A stretch of DNA of 64,000 nt from IMG/VR virus record IMGVR_UViG_3300025598_000001, positions 2,195 to 66,194 of that record, one strand, 5' to 3'. A program made the position numbers and the translations under genes. This DNA is from a virus (lineage: Duplodnaviria > Caudoviricetes). Below are positions 38,143 through 45,860 of the stretch, piece by piece. Under the pieces are notes generated by a model that was not told the DNA's origin, did no database searches, and worked only from the letters and a program-made list of their open reading frames with translations. Within the stretch, counting starts at the first letter, position 1. Each line of letters opens with the position of its first letter.

Positions 38143-38234
38143 ATTAATCTCCTAAAGTTGTAAAAAGGGGCGGTGTTAAGGACACTCGTTTAAGCGCAAC
38201 GACCTTCAGCTGTGCGCCCCATTTATTCGATTAA

Positions 38235-38936
38235 TTAGTCAAAGTTACCGTATGGGTAGGTTGTCGCATTACCAATGTTCATGTCTTGTTGAGCATACTT
38301 TAATGTAACTGCAATTTGACCTGATGTTGGCGCTGTAATTGAACCTGCAGTAATTTTCAAAGTAACAACAACTTGGCTAAACCATGAAGGTTGTTGACCG
38401 GGTTGAATATTCTGAACATCTTGCAAAGTACCAAATGCATAATCCAACTGTGTGCCTACAAAAGTTGCAGTTCCACGAGTTGCTGAAGTGATAGCAGACA
38501 TAGTTGCATATACACCAGTAGAGGTTGCAAATGCATTAGAAACATATGGCTGAATAGAAGTTGCTGTCACGCCACCGCCAACTGGCAATGTACCAACATC
38601 AACAATAACGTCAGTAATGTTTGAGCCTTGTGGGATCAAGAATGATACACCACGATAAATTGTGCCTGAAGTATCAGCAGTTGGGGCTGAAGCAACAGTA
38701 GGGCCGTTAGTGCTGTAAGAACCATTCTGTGCAGTCCAAATAGTAGCTGCATTATTGGGGATGTTTCCAGAAGTAACAAATACGCCAGAACCACCACCAT
38801 AGTTAGCAGTGTTTGGTGTTGTTACAGAAAAATCTAAAAATGCTTGTTGAGCTAACAAGACTGGGCCAACGTCACGTTGTGGGCCAAAACGATTATCGCC
38901 AGATAGAACTGGACCTTCAAATGTACTACGTCCCAT
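38235..38936 (-). CDS. Capsid-associated/decoration protein
   Basis: Start MGRSTFEGPV after RBS AAGGAG; IPQGSNITDV motif; Ser/Thr-rich. Confidence 0.65.
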   Translation of the reverse strand: MGRSTFEGPVLSGDNRFGPQRDVGPVLLAQQAFLDFSVTTPNTANYGGGSGVFVTSGNIPNNAATIWTAQNGSYSTNGPTVASAPTADTSGTIYRGVSFLIPQGSNITDVIVDVGTLPVGGGVTATSIQPYVSNAFATSTGVYATMSAITSATRGTATFVGTQLDYAFGTLQDVQNIQPGQQPSWFSQVVVTLKITAGSITAPTSGQIAVTLKYAQQDMNIGNATTYPYGNFD

Positions 38937-38942
38937 AATGGA

Positions 38943-39016
38943 CTCCTTATGCAAAAGTTACTATCCCGATCATTGCATTGTCTGCTGGGGCAGTGGTGGA
39001 ATAGTTAATCACCCAG
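38943..39016 (-). promoter_or_regulatory. Candidate structured (pseudoknotted) 5' leader
   Basis: Helices ACUAUUCC/GGGAUAGU, CUGC/GCAG, AUGCAA/UUGCAU next to the SD, and loop CCCA complementary to upstream UGGG. Confidence 0.45.
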
Positions 39017-39039
39017 ATGTTGTTATTTTACACACAAAA

Positions 39040-39068
39040 TTGTTTTTGGGAAGTCTTTTATATACAAT
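39040..39068 (+). promoter_or_regulatory. Putative sigma70 promoter for the glycosyltransferase cassette
   Basis: TTGTTT-17-TACAAT, with 7 nt between the -10 and ATG 39076. Confidence 0.45.
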
Positions 39069-39075
39069 CGGACAA

Positions 39076-40623
39076 ATGAACAAAAACCTCACGAATCAGG
39101 TTCAAGTCCTTTACAACCGAGCTTTAGCGCTAAAAAACCAAGGACACATACAAGCAGCGTTAGTTGAGTGTGACAAAATACTAACTACTGTTCCAAAACA
39201 ATTTGATGCCTTGATATTAAAGGGTATCATTCTTAGCGAAAACGGGCGCCAAATAGATGCATTAGGCCTATTTAATGAAGCTTTAAGTGTTAAAAAAGAC
39301 CCTGCAATTTACAATAATCGGGCTAATATTTACCAGCAAATGAAGCAATTTGAGCTGGCTATGGACGATTATGATGCCGCAATTAAGCTAAACCCACGGT
39401 TTTTAGAGGCTCATTACAACAAAGCCAACTGTTACAAAGAAACAAACCAATACCATGAAGCCATTAAATGGTATAAAAAGTCTTTGAAAATTAACCCTAA
39501 ATACTTCCATGCTTGGAATAACATGGGGCTTTGTTATCAGTCTGTGCAGGATTTTGAAGGCGCTTTAGAAGCTTGTAAAGAGGGGGCTAAAATTGAGCCT
39601 AATAACTACGTTATATATAACAACATGGGGTTTGCCCTACATGTTTTAATGCGCTTAGACGAGTCCATAGCGGCTTTTAATAAATCTATAGAGCTTAACC
39701 CAGACCAGACTGATTCTAAATTTAACATTGGGTTTGTACATCTTTTAAAGGGCGACTTAGAAAAAGGCTGGGTCGGGCACGAAGAACGGTTTAAAAATAA
39801 ATACCGCCCTACAAACTTACCTAACATGTGGCAAGGTGAGGACTTAAAAGGTAAGACTATATACATAATCCACGAACAAGGGCTTGGAGATACTATTCAA
39901 TTCATTCGTTATGCCAAGCAACTAAAGGCTATGGGGGCTAGAGTAATTGTGGGGGTTAAGCCAGAAATAGTAAAGTTAGTCAGTTCTATGCCAGAAATAG
40001 ACATGATTAACACCGATCCTAAGTTTATTCCAGAGTATGACTATCAATGCCCCATGATGAGCTTACCCTACATATTTAAAACTAGGGTAGACAATATTCC
40101 GTATCACAGATACTTCTTTGCAGATCCTAAAAAAGTTCAAGAATTTTCAAGAAAAATGGGGCCAAAGACCCGACTAAGAGTAGGGTTAGTATGGTCAGGA
40201 GGCTTTCGTGCAGACCAGCCTGAGATATGGGCAGTTAACGAAAGGCGCAATATTAAACCGGAAAAGATTGCAGAAATATATAACCCTAACGTAGAGTTTT
40301 TTAACTTACAGTTTGGCGCTAAAGAGTTGCCTTTTCCTATGGTTGATCTGATGAGTGAGGTTAAAGACTTCTCAGACACAGCGGCTATTATTGAAAATCT
40401 GGACCTAGTCATTAGTGTGGATACTTCTACTGCGCACGTAGCGGGCGCTATGGGTAAGCCTGTATGGATGTTAAATCGGTTTGACACTTGCTGGCGTTGG
40501 TTAGAAGACCGTAAAGATACGCCTTGGTATCCAAGCTTTACCATTTACCGCCAAGAAAAATTTAACAACTGGGACAACGTAGTTGCTGACATTAAAAAGG
40601 ACTTAGATGCAAAATCCAAATAA
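39076..40623 (+). CDS. TPR-repeat protein with C-terminal GT-B (GT9-like) glycosyltransferase domain
   Basis: Tandem TPRs (YNNRAN, HYNKAN, WNNMG, YNNMG); EQGLGDTIQFIRY, VGLVWSG, DLVISVDTSTAHVAGAMGKPVW, WYPS. Confidence 0.88.
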   Translation: MNKNLTNQVQVLYNRALALKNQGHIQAALVECDKILTTVPKQFDALILKGIILSENGRQIDALGLFNEALSVKKDPAIYNNRANIYQQMKQFELAMDDYDAAIKLNPRFLEAHYNKANCYKETNQYHEAIKWYKKSLKINPKYFHAWNNMGLCYQSVQDFEGALEACKEGAKIEPNNYVIYNNMGFALHVLMRLDESIAAFNKSIELNPDQTDSKFNIGFVHLLKGDLEKGWVGHEERFKNKYRPTNLPNMWQGEDLKGKTIYIIHEQGLGDTIQFIRYAKQLKAMGARVIVGVKPEIVKLVSSMPEIDMINTDPKFIPEYDYQCPMMSLPYIFKTRVDNIPYHRYFFADPKKVQEFSRKMGPKTRLRVGLVWSGGFRADQPEIWAVNERRNIKPEKIAEIYNPNVEFFNLQFGAKELPFPMVDLMSEVKDFSDTAAIIENLDLVISVDTSTAHVAGAMGKPVWMLNRFDTCWRWLEDRKDTPWYPSFTIYRQEKFNNWDNVVADIKKDLDAKSK

Positions 40624-41374
40624 CTTGCCATATATTCTTGAAGGTGGTTTAGGAGACTTTTTACAGTTCTTGCCTTTTGTTCAAGTATATCCAGAAAACA
40701 AGTACATACTTTTGTGCCACTTTAAAGGTGCTAAAGAGTTATGTAAAGCATTAAAAATAAAACCTATTCAAATTGAATATTACGCAACGGAAGAAGAAAA
40801 ACCCTTAGCTGTTGGACGGTTAAAACAAAAAGGATTACCTTGCCCACGGATTAGGTACTTTGATAAAAATCCTTTTCCGCCCGCTAAACCTTTATTTACT
40901 GACGAAAGGCCAGTAGTTGGTATACACCTTCACGCCAGTAAAATTGCGCAGTTTTGGCTTAAGAAACTAAACCTACAGCCTAAAAATTTACCGATACCAA
41001 TCGTAGAAGAACTAGCAAAAGACTACAACATTATTTTATTTGGATTACCTGATGACTTAATGGCAACCAAAATTAAACAGTCTGACCGAATTAAGTTTGT
41101 TTGTTTTTTAGATATTGCTAAAAGTTTTTCATATGTGTCGCAGTGTAATGCTTTAGTAGGAAGCGATAGTTGTTTTAAAACTCTAAGTGTTATGCAGGGT
41201 ATCCCAACTTTTGTTTGGATCGGTGACCATGAAGACGGATTTAGAGACCAATATTTTGTCGATCCTTATATAAAAGATGGCACTATGGGTCAGTATCGGT
41301 TTCATATTTTAGCAAATGAGTATGAACCAGCTTTGGCTGCAACTAAAGAATATCTAAAAGGAGTATTGAAATGA
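40607..41374 (+). CDS. GT9 (heptosyltransferase)-like glycosyltransferase
   Basis: GGLGDFLQ N-terminus, VGIH, LVGSDSCFKTL...GIPT. Confidence 0.65.
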   Translation: MQNPNNLPYILEGGLGDFLQFLPFVQVYPENKYILLCHFKGAKELCKALKIKPIQIEYYATEEEKPLAVGRLKQKGLPCPRIRYFDKNPFPPAKPLFTDERPVVGIHLHASKIAQFWLKKLNLQPKNLPIPIVEELAKDYNIILFGLPDDLMATKIKQSDRIKFVCFLDIAKSFSYVSQCNALVGSDSCFKTLSVMQGIPTFVWIGDHEDGFRDQYFVDPYIKDGTMGQYRFHILANEYEPALAATKEYLKGVLK

Positions 41375-41955
41375 AATTTTATGGAGATGTGCGTGACCAA
41401 CTAGGCAAACGAGCAACTGGGTTTGACTTTATTTTTAATTACCTTAAAGATATCCGTAACCCATTTATTGCAGAGACAGGCTGCGCTAGGCAAGAGAATA
41501 ACTATGAAGGTGATGGCTTAAGTACTTTGTTATTTGACAAATACATAAATGAGTATGGCGGATACTTAGCAGCTGTAGACATCTCGCCCGTAAGCGTACA
41601 GTTTGCCCTTAGTCACATGGTTTGTCCTAGAACCAAGATTGTTCAATCGGATAGCGTTGATTTTTTAAAAATGCTTAATACTGATTTGCAACATGATAAA
41701 GTAAAGATTGATTTTTTATACCTAGATAGTTTTGACTGGACTGAACAACTACAAGTAGAAAGTGCTACACATCATCTTAAAGAGTTAGAAGCAATTATGC
41801 CTAGCCTAAAACCCGGTGCTTTAATTGGCGTAGATGATAACTGGAAAATAGGTAATACTAGAGTAGGTAAAGGTTGGATGGTGCTAGATTATTTAGCTAG
41901 TTTAGGTATGCAACCTGTATTTGACGAATACCAAATATTCTGGATTTATAAATAA
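41371..41955 (+). CDS. Class I SAM-dependent methyltransferase
   Basis: IAETGCAR, AVDIS, DSVDFL, IDFLYLDSFD, LKPGALIGVDD, GKG. Confidence 0.82.
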   Translation: MKFYGDVRDQLGKRATGFDFIFNYLKDIRNPFIAETGCARQENNYEGDGLSTLLFDKYINEYGGYLAAVDISPVSVQFALSHMVCPRTKIVQSDSVDFLKMLNTDLQHDKVKIDFLYLDSFDWTEQLQVESATHHLKELEAIMPSLKPGALIGVDDNWKIGNTRVGKGWMVLDYLASLGMQPVFDEYQIFWIYK

Positions 41956-41985
41956 AAAACCCCCGAGCCTTTTGAGCCGGGGGTT
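41954..41985 (-). terminator. Rho-independent terminator after the major capsid gene (convergent junction)
   Basis: Minus strand CCCCCGGCTCAAAAGGCTCGGGGG followed by TTTTTT. Confidence 0.8.
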
Positions 41986-42020
41986 ACATCAACAGTCAAA
42001 AACCGTTGAGGGGGTAGTTC

Positions 42021-42923
42021 TTAGTAAGAACCGTAGATTCCCAATGGGTCAGAAACACCGAAGGAATAACGCTCACGAGACTTGTAACGTACGTTACCAG
42101 TATCAAAGTCGCCGTCCATGCTGTTCTGCAATGGGATACGAACAAAGTGCTTCAAACCGTTTGGAACATCAGTGGTCAAGAACCATGCGTTGGTTGCGGT
42201 CAAGAAGTGGTTAATTGTGTAACCTTCTGGAACAGAACCGTTGTTCTTAATTGCATTGATGTCGTTGTTGTTTGTACCAACACGGAGTTCAGTATCGAGC
42301 AAACGAGTTGCAACGAACTGAAGTGCAGGAGGAACAACCAACTTCTTAGGTTTAGCAGCGATCAAGAGACCACGCTCATCAGTCCAAGCAGCAATTTGAA
42401 TAACAGCATTTTCTAATGCAGTTTCGTTCAAGTCAGCAGGAGTAGATGGAGTGTTGGCGTTAACACCACCAGAAATCAAAGGATGTGCTGTTGAGAACAA
42501 TGCTTGTCCGTCACCGTATGTTACTTGGGTGTTGAAACCGTTGTTCAAAACTGCAGCAGCTTTAACCTGTTTGGTGTAAGCCATAGCACGAGCTAAGCCT
42601 TTGGTGTAGCGAGCTGATAAAGAATCGTAGAGGTTATCTTCGATTGCTTCTTCGGTCAAGCTAAAGCCAAGAGCGATAGTTTCGTGGTTGTAACGAGCTG
42701 TCCATGCTTCTTGCGCATTGTCGTAAGCGATGGCTTGGCCTTCGTTCTTGACTGGTGCAGCGCTAAAGCCTGACAGTTTTGTTTCTTCTTCAAAAGAACG
42801 CTCAGAGGTCTCTGTTTCGTAGATCTCTTTGTGTTCTTCACCATAGCGAGCGTACTCCAAACCGAACAAAGCGTTCAATCCGGGGAGCAACTCTTTTAGT
42901 AGTTGGGCACGAGAAATAGCCAT
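42021..42923 (-). CDS. Major capsid protein
   Basis: MAISRAQLLKELLPGLNALFG, SERSFEE, ALGFSLTEEAIEDNLY, DFDTGNVRYKSRERYSFG; followed by a terminator. Confidence 0.93.
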   Translation of the reverse strand: MAISRAQLLKELLPGLNALFGLEYARYGEEHKEIYETETSERSFEEETKLSGFSAAPVKNEGQAIAYDNAQEAWTARYNHETIALGFSLTEEAIEDNLYDSLSARYTKGLARAMAYTKQVKAAAVLNNGFNTQVTYGDGQALFSTAHPLISGGVNANTPSTPADLNETALENAVIQIAAWTDERGLLIAAKPKKLVVPPALQFVATRLLDTELRVGTNNNDINAIKNNGSVPEGYTINHFLTATNAWFLTTDVPNGLKHFVRIPLQNSMDGDFDTGNVRYKSRERYSFGVSDPLGIYGSY

Positions 42924-42938
42924 TTAAATGCTCCTTAA

Positions 42939-43814
42939 TTAAATACCAGTAGCATTCATGTAACTCTGATAACCAAAGTTCCATGTTACTAATGCTTCTG
43001 GATAGCCGGTGAATGAAAACTGTGCAGCGGTTGATTGTGCAGTAGTAACTGCGGCGCTCAACGTAACAGCAGTGCCGTTTACTTGGGTAACCCAAGTGTT
43101 AGAACCAGCATTAATGCCGGGGCCTGAAACTGCCATGCCGGGCTGAATAGCTGAGTTAGCAGCAGACAAAGTCAAGGTTGTGCTTGAAGTTGTAGCGTTA
43201 CCGGTAACAGTAACAGCAGATGCTGTAACGAGCTGAACAATACGGAATGGAGCAGCAGCAACGTTTGGACTTAAAACGCCAGTACCAATAGCGGTAGTAG
43301 CAATAGCAATACCAGCAGCAGAATCGCCAGTAGTTGTAGAGCCAGTGTTGCTATTGAGTGCGCCTAAATAGTAAGCATTAGAACCAACAAAAGCTGGGTT
43401 AATGTACTGAATAGTGCTGGAGTTAGAAGTACCGTTTGCCAATACTACAGTTTGGAAAACTGCTTGAGGATCATCAACAACATAGCCGATAGCATCAGGA
43501 GCGCTTGTAGAAGCATTCCAGTACTGATAGCGGTTTTTGCCGTAGATTGGGCCACCGGTTGTGGAATATTCACAACCAACAAAAATACCAATAGAACCAC
43601 CAGTTGCAGTACCCGTTGTTGGGTTGAGGGTAGAAGCAATCAGTGTACCTTGTGTTGCACCAGAAGCACCTAATTGAACAACGTCACCGTTGTAAAGGCT
43701 GGTTGAATAGCCGTTAGTGATAGGGAACATGCGGGTAGAACCAGCAAATACACGACCACCAATTAGGTTAACTGGCTTTAGCCCGTAAGGGGCTGATACT
43801 GTAGGATAAGCCAT
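42939..43814 (-). CDS. Capsid-associated structural (decoration/cement) protein
   Basis: APYGLKPV..IGG, GIFVGCEY, YVVDDP; immediately upstream of MCP. Confidence 0.7.
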   Translation of the reverse strand: MAYPTVSAPYGLKPVNLIGGRVFAGSTRMFPITNGYSTSLYNGDVVQLGASGATQGTLIASTLNPTTGTATGGSIGIFVGCEYSTTGGPIYGKNRYQYWNASTSAPDAIGYVVDDPQAVFQTVVLANGTSNSSTIQYINPAFVGSNAYYLGALNSNTGSTTTGDSAAGIAIATTAIGTGVLSPNVAAAPFRIVQLVTASAVTVTGNATTSSTTLTLSAANSAIQPGMAVSGPGINAGSNTWVTQVNGTAVTLSAAVTTAQSTAAQFSFTGYPEALVTWNFGYQSYMNATGI

Positions 43815-43830
43815 TTAAATCTCCTAAAAT

Positions 43831-44286
43831 TTAATTACCAGATCCAAAGCTTACTGTTGATTTCCGTTCCATAAAGATCGGCATTCTAGAGTCACTTTGG
43901 CGCATTAAGTTATTGTCTACAGCATCTGCTTGAGCTTGTGTTTGATCTTCAAAATACTTGCGTTGTTGTTGATCCATCTCAATAGGACGTTTGCAAAGTA
44001 ATAACCCGCCAATTTCAATATTGTCTTTAAAACGACTACCGTCATCGACTAACAGTTTAAATTTGGGTTGTTCTTCAAGTAGAACAGGCTCATAACCTTC
44101 CCGGAAACGCACACTAATATTGCGTGGATCTGGGCTGTTCAACATTGAAACACGAATCCATTTGTAACCGTACCCCGGTTGCTTGTCTGGCTCTGGGAGT
44201 AGCTCTGGTGGCATCCACTGCTTAGGACGTTCACTAAATTCACGGTTATCTGCCTCACGGCTTAATTTGTTCTGGGCCATTGTCAT
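43831..44286 (-). CDS. Conserved head-module protein
   Basis: WMPPELLP, YKWIRVS, REGYEPV, IGGLLLCK. Confidence 0.7.
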   Translation of the reverse strand: MTMAQNKLSREADNREFSERPKQWMPPELLPEPDKQPGYGYKWIRVSMLNSPDPRNISVRFREGYEPVLLEEQPKFKLLVDDGSRFKDNIEIGGLLLCKRPIEMDQQQRKYFEDQTQAQADAVDNNLMRQSDSRMPIFMERKSTVSFGSGN

Positions 44287-45254
44287 GCCTCCACTTTAAT
44301 AAGTTCTTTAACGTACTGCTCTGGGGTAAGTCCAAGTTTTTTAGCAAGCGCTACTTGCGATTGCGTTAACCGAACTCTCTTAGGTGCCGTCGACCTAGTT
44401 GCCGGAGCAACTACCGTTGCTGGTTTAGCTTTTGGCGTGTCTGCCTTTGGCTTTACTTCTACTTCTACTTCTGGTTCTGAGTCTTCCTCAAAATTCTCTG
44501 GGAACCGTTTACGCATCGTCTTGTCCAACGTTGCATAGTATTCTTCAGATCCAACCTGCACCCCTTGACGTTTTAGCTTCTCATGAAGTCCTAGAGCCGC
44601 TGCAGTCATCTCTTCGTCCTGTCCGAACCAAGGATTATCCGCTTGCCATTCCACGACCCGATCGTCAGGTCTTGGTGCATTTTGATACTGTTGTGGTGAT
44701 TGTACAACATATTCTTCTTTTGGCAAGTCTGGCAGCTTAAATTTCTTGACTTTGTCAAGTTCCATCTGCGCCCTAGTCATTTCTTCTTGGGCTTCCATGA
44801 TCTTGTCAGCATCACCAGCTTCATAAGCTTCTTTATAAGCCTGTTTAGCAGCTTTAAGTTGCGCTTTTGCCGTATCTTTCTTAGCTTCCTTATACTCTTT
44901 TTCACCTTCTTCAAGCATTAATTTCATGCGTTGATTCTCGGTAAGCAAGCGTTGGGCAGCATCTACTGCAGCTTGGCGCTCTCTTTCAGCAGCTTCAGCA
45001 CGGCGACGCTCGTCATTCCAGACACGCTTCATCTTAATGAGCTTGTCTTTAGCTTCCTTGCTGTACTTGTCTAGATCGTCAACTTCTACTTCTAATTGTT
45101 TGACTTTCTCAGGATCTGCTGGTTTGCGACCACGATCTTCTTCGGGGGTATCGTCCTCGATCTCAATCTCAATCTGATCTTCTACGGGTTTACCCTTAGT
45201 TTCAGCTTCGATCTCATCAGGGAACTTATATTCTTGATTCTCTAAATCTGCCAT
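44283..45254 (-). CDS. Capsid scaffolding protein
   Basis: Acidic N-terminus, long coiled coil, NPWFG...MT, C-terminal LTQSQVALAKKLGLTPEQY. Confidence 0.78.
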   Translation of the reverse strand: MADLENQEYKFPDEIEAETKGKPVEDQIEIEIEDDTPEEDRGRKPADPEKVKQLEVEVDDLDKYSKEAKDKLIKMKRVWNDERRRAEAAERERQAAVDAAQRLLTENQRMKLMLEEGEKEYKEAKKDTAKAQLKAAKQAYKEAYEAGDADKIMEAQEEMTRAQMELDKVKKFKLPDLPKEEYVVQSPQQYQNAPRPDDRVVEWQADNPWFGQDEEMTAAALGLHEKLKRQGVQVGSEEYYATLDKTMRKRFPENFEEDSEPEVEVEVKPKADTPKAKPATVVAPATRSTAPKRVRLTQSQVALAKKLGLTPEQYVKELIKVEA

Positions 45255-45265
45255 AGTCCGGCTCC

Positions 45266-45673
45266 TTAAATGAATTTACGCTTGATGCCACGTGGATCTT
45301 GCACTACGGCTTCCACAGAGTCATCGTTAATAATCCGGAACTCACGGTCGTGAATTACCAGTCTAGTGCCTGCATTTGGGCGTACAAGGACAAAGTCACC
45401 CTTCTTACACCAAGGTCCGTTAGGAAAACGATCCTTATCGGCATAGCAATCTGGGCCTAAATCGACCACAAAAAGTACCGTTGTGAGCAGCTCATCGTGC
45501 CGACGGGTCTCGTCAGACTTGATAATCCCACTTTCAAATGCTTCTTCTGCTTCTGGAATCGCACATAGGATGCGATATCCTTGCGGTTGTGGAAGCTGTT
45601 TAGCTCTTTCTTCCGCTGTTCTAGCCATAACTGCAGCTAAGTCTACTGCTTGGCTAAGGTTTAGTTCACTCAT
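45266..45673 (-). CDS. GroES-like co-chaperonin
   Basis: PQGYRIL...SGII...VVDLGPDCY...WCKKGDFVL...G...RIINDDSVEAVV; start at MSELNL. Confidence 0.82.
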   Translation of the reverse strand: MSELNLSQAVDLAAVMARTAEERAKQLPQPQGYRILCAIPEAEEAFESGIIKSDETRRHDELLTTVLFVVDLGPDCYADKDRFPNGPWCKKGDFVLVRPNAGTRLVIHDREFRIINDDSVEAVVQDPRGIKRKFI

Positions 45674-45860
45674 TGTCCGAGTTCTCCAATCGTTGTTTGA
45701 GGTCTTTAATAATGGCACATGCAGCTTCAAGACCTCGAACTTGTCCACATGTGTATTTGTACTCATCAAAATCCTTAGCTTGTCCGTATGTCAGGGCATC
45801 ACCAAGCATCTGTATTCTCTCCTGATACTGTCCGATCAGGTAATCGAGATGGTCGCTCAT
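45666..45860 (-). CDS. Small conserved protein between portal and GroES-like gene
   Basis: G.AKDFDEYK..CGQVRGL motif. Confidence 0.7.
   Translation of the reverse strand: MSDHLDYLIGQYQERIQMLGDALTYGQAKDFDEYKYTCGQVRGLEAACAIIKDLKQRLENSDNE

Noticed and set aside
38938-39075. N-terminal extension of the TPR ORF in the track
   Set aside because: Overlaps the leader of the divergent gene and a putative promoter; TPR-like sequence begins after Met at 39076.
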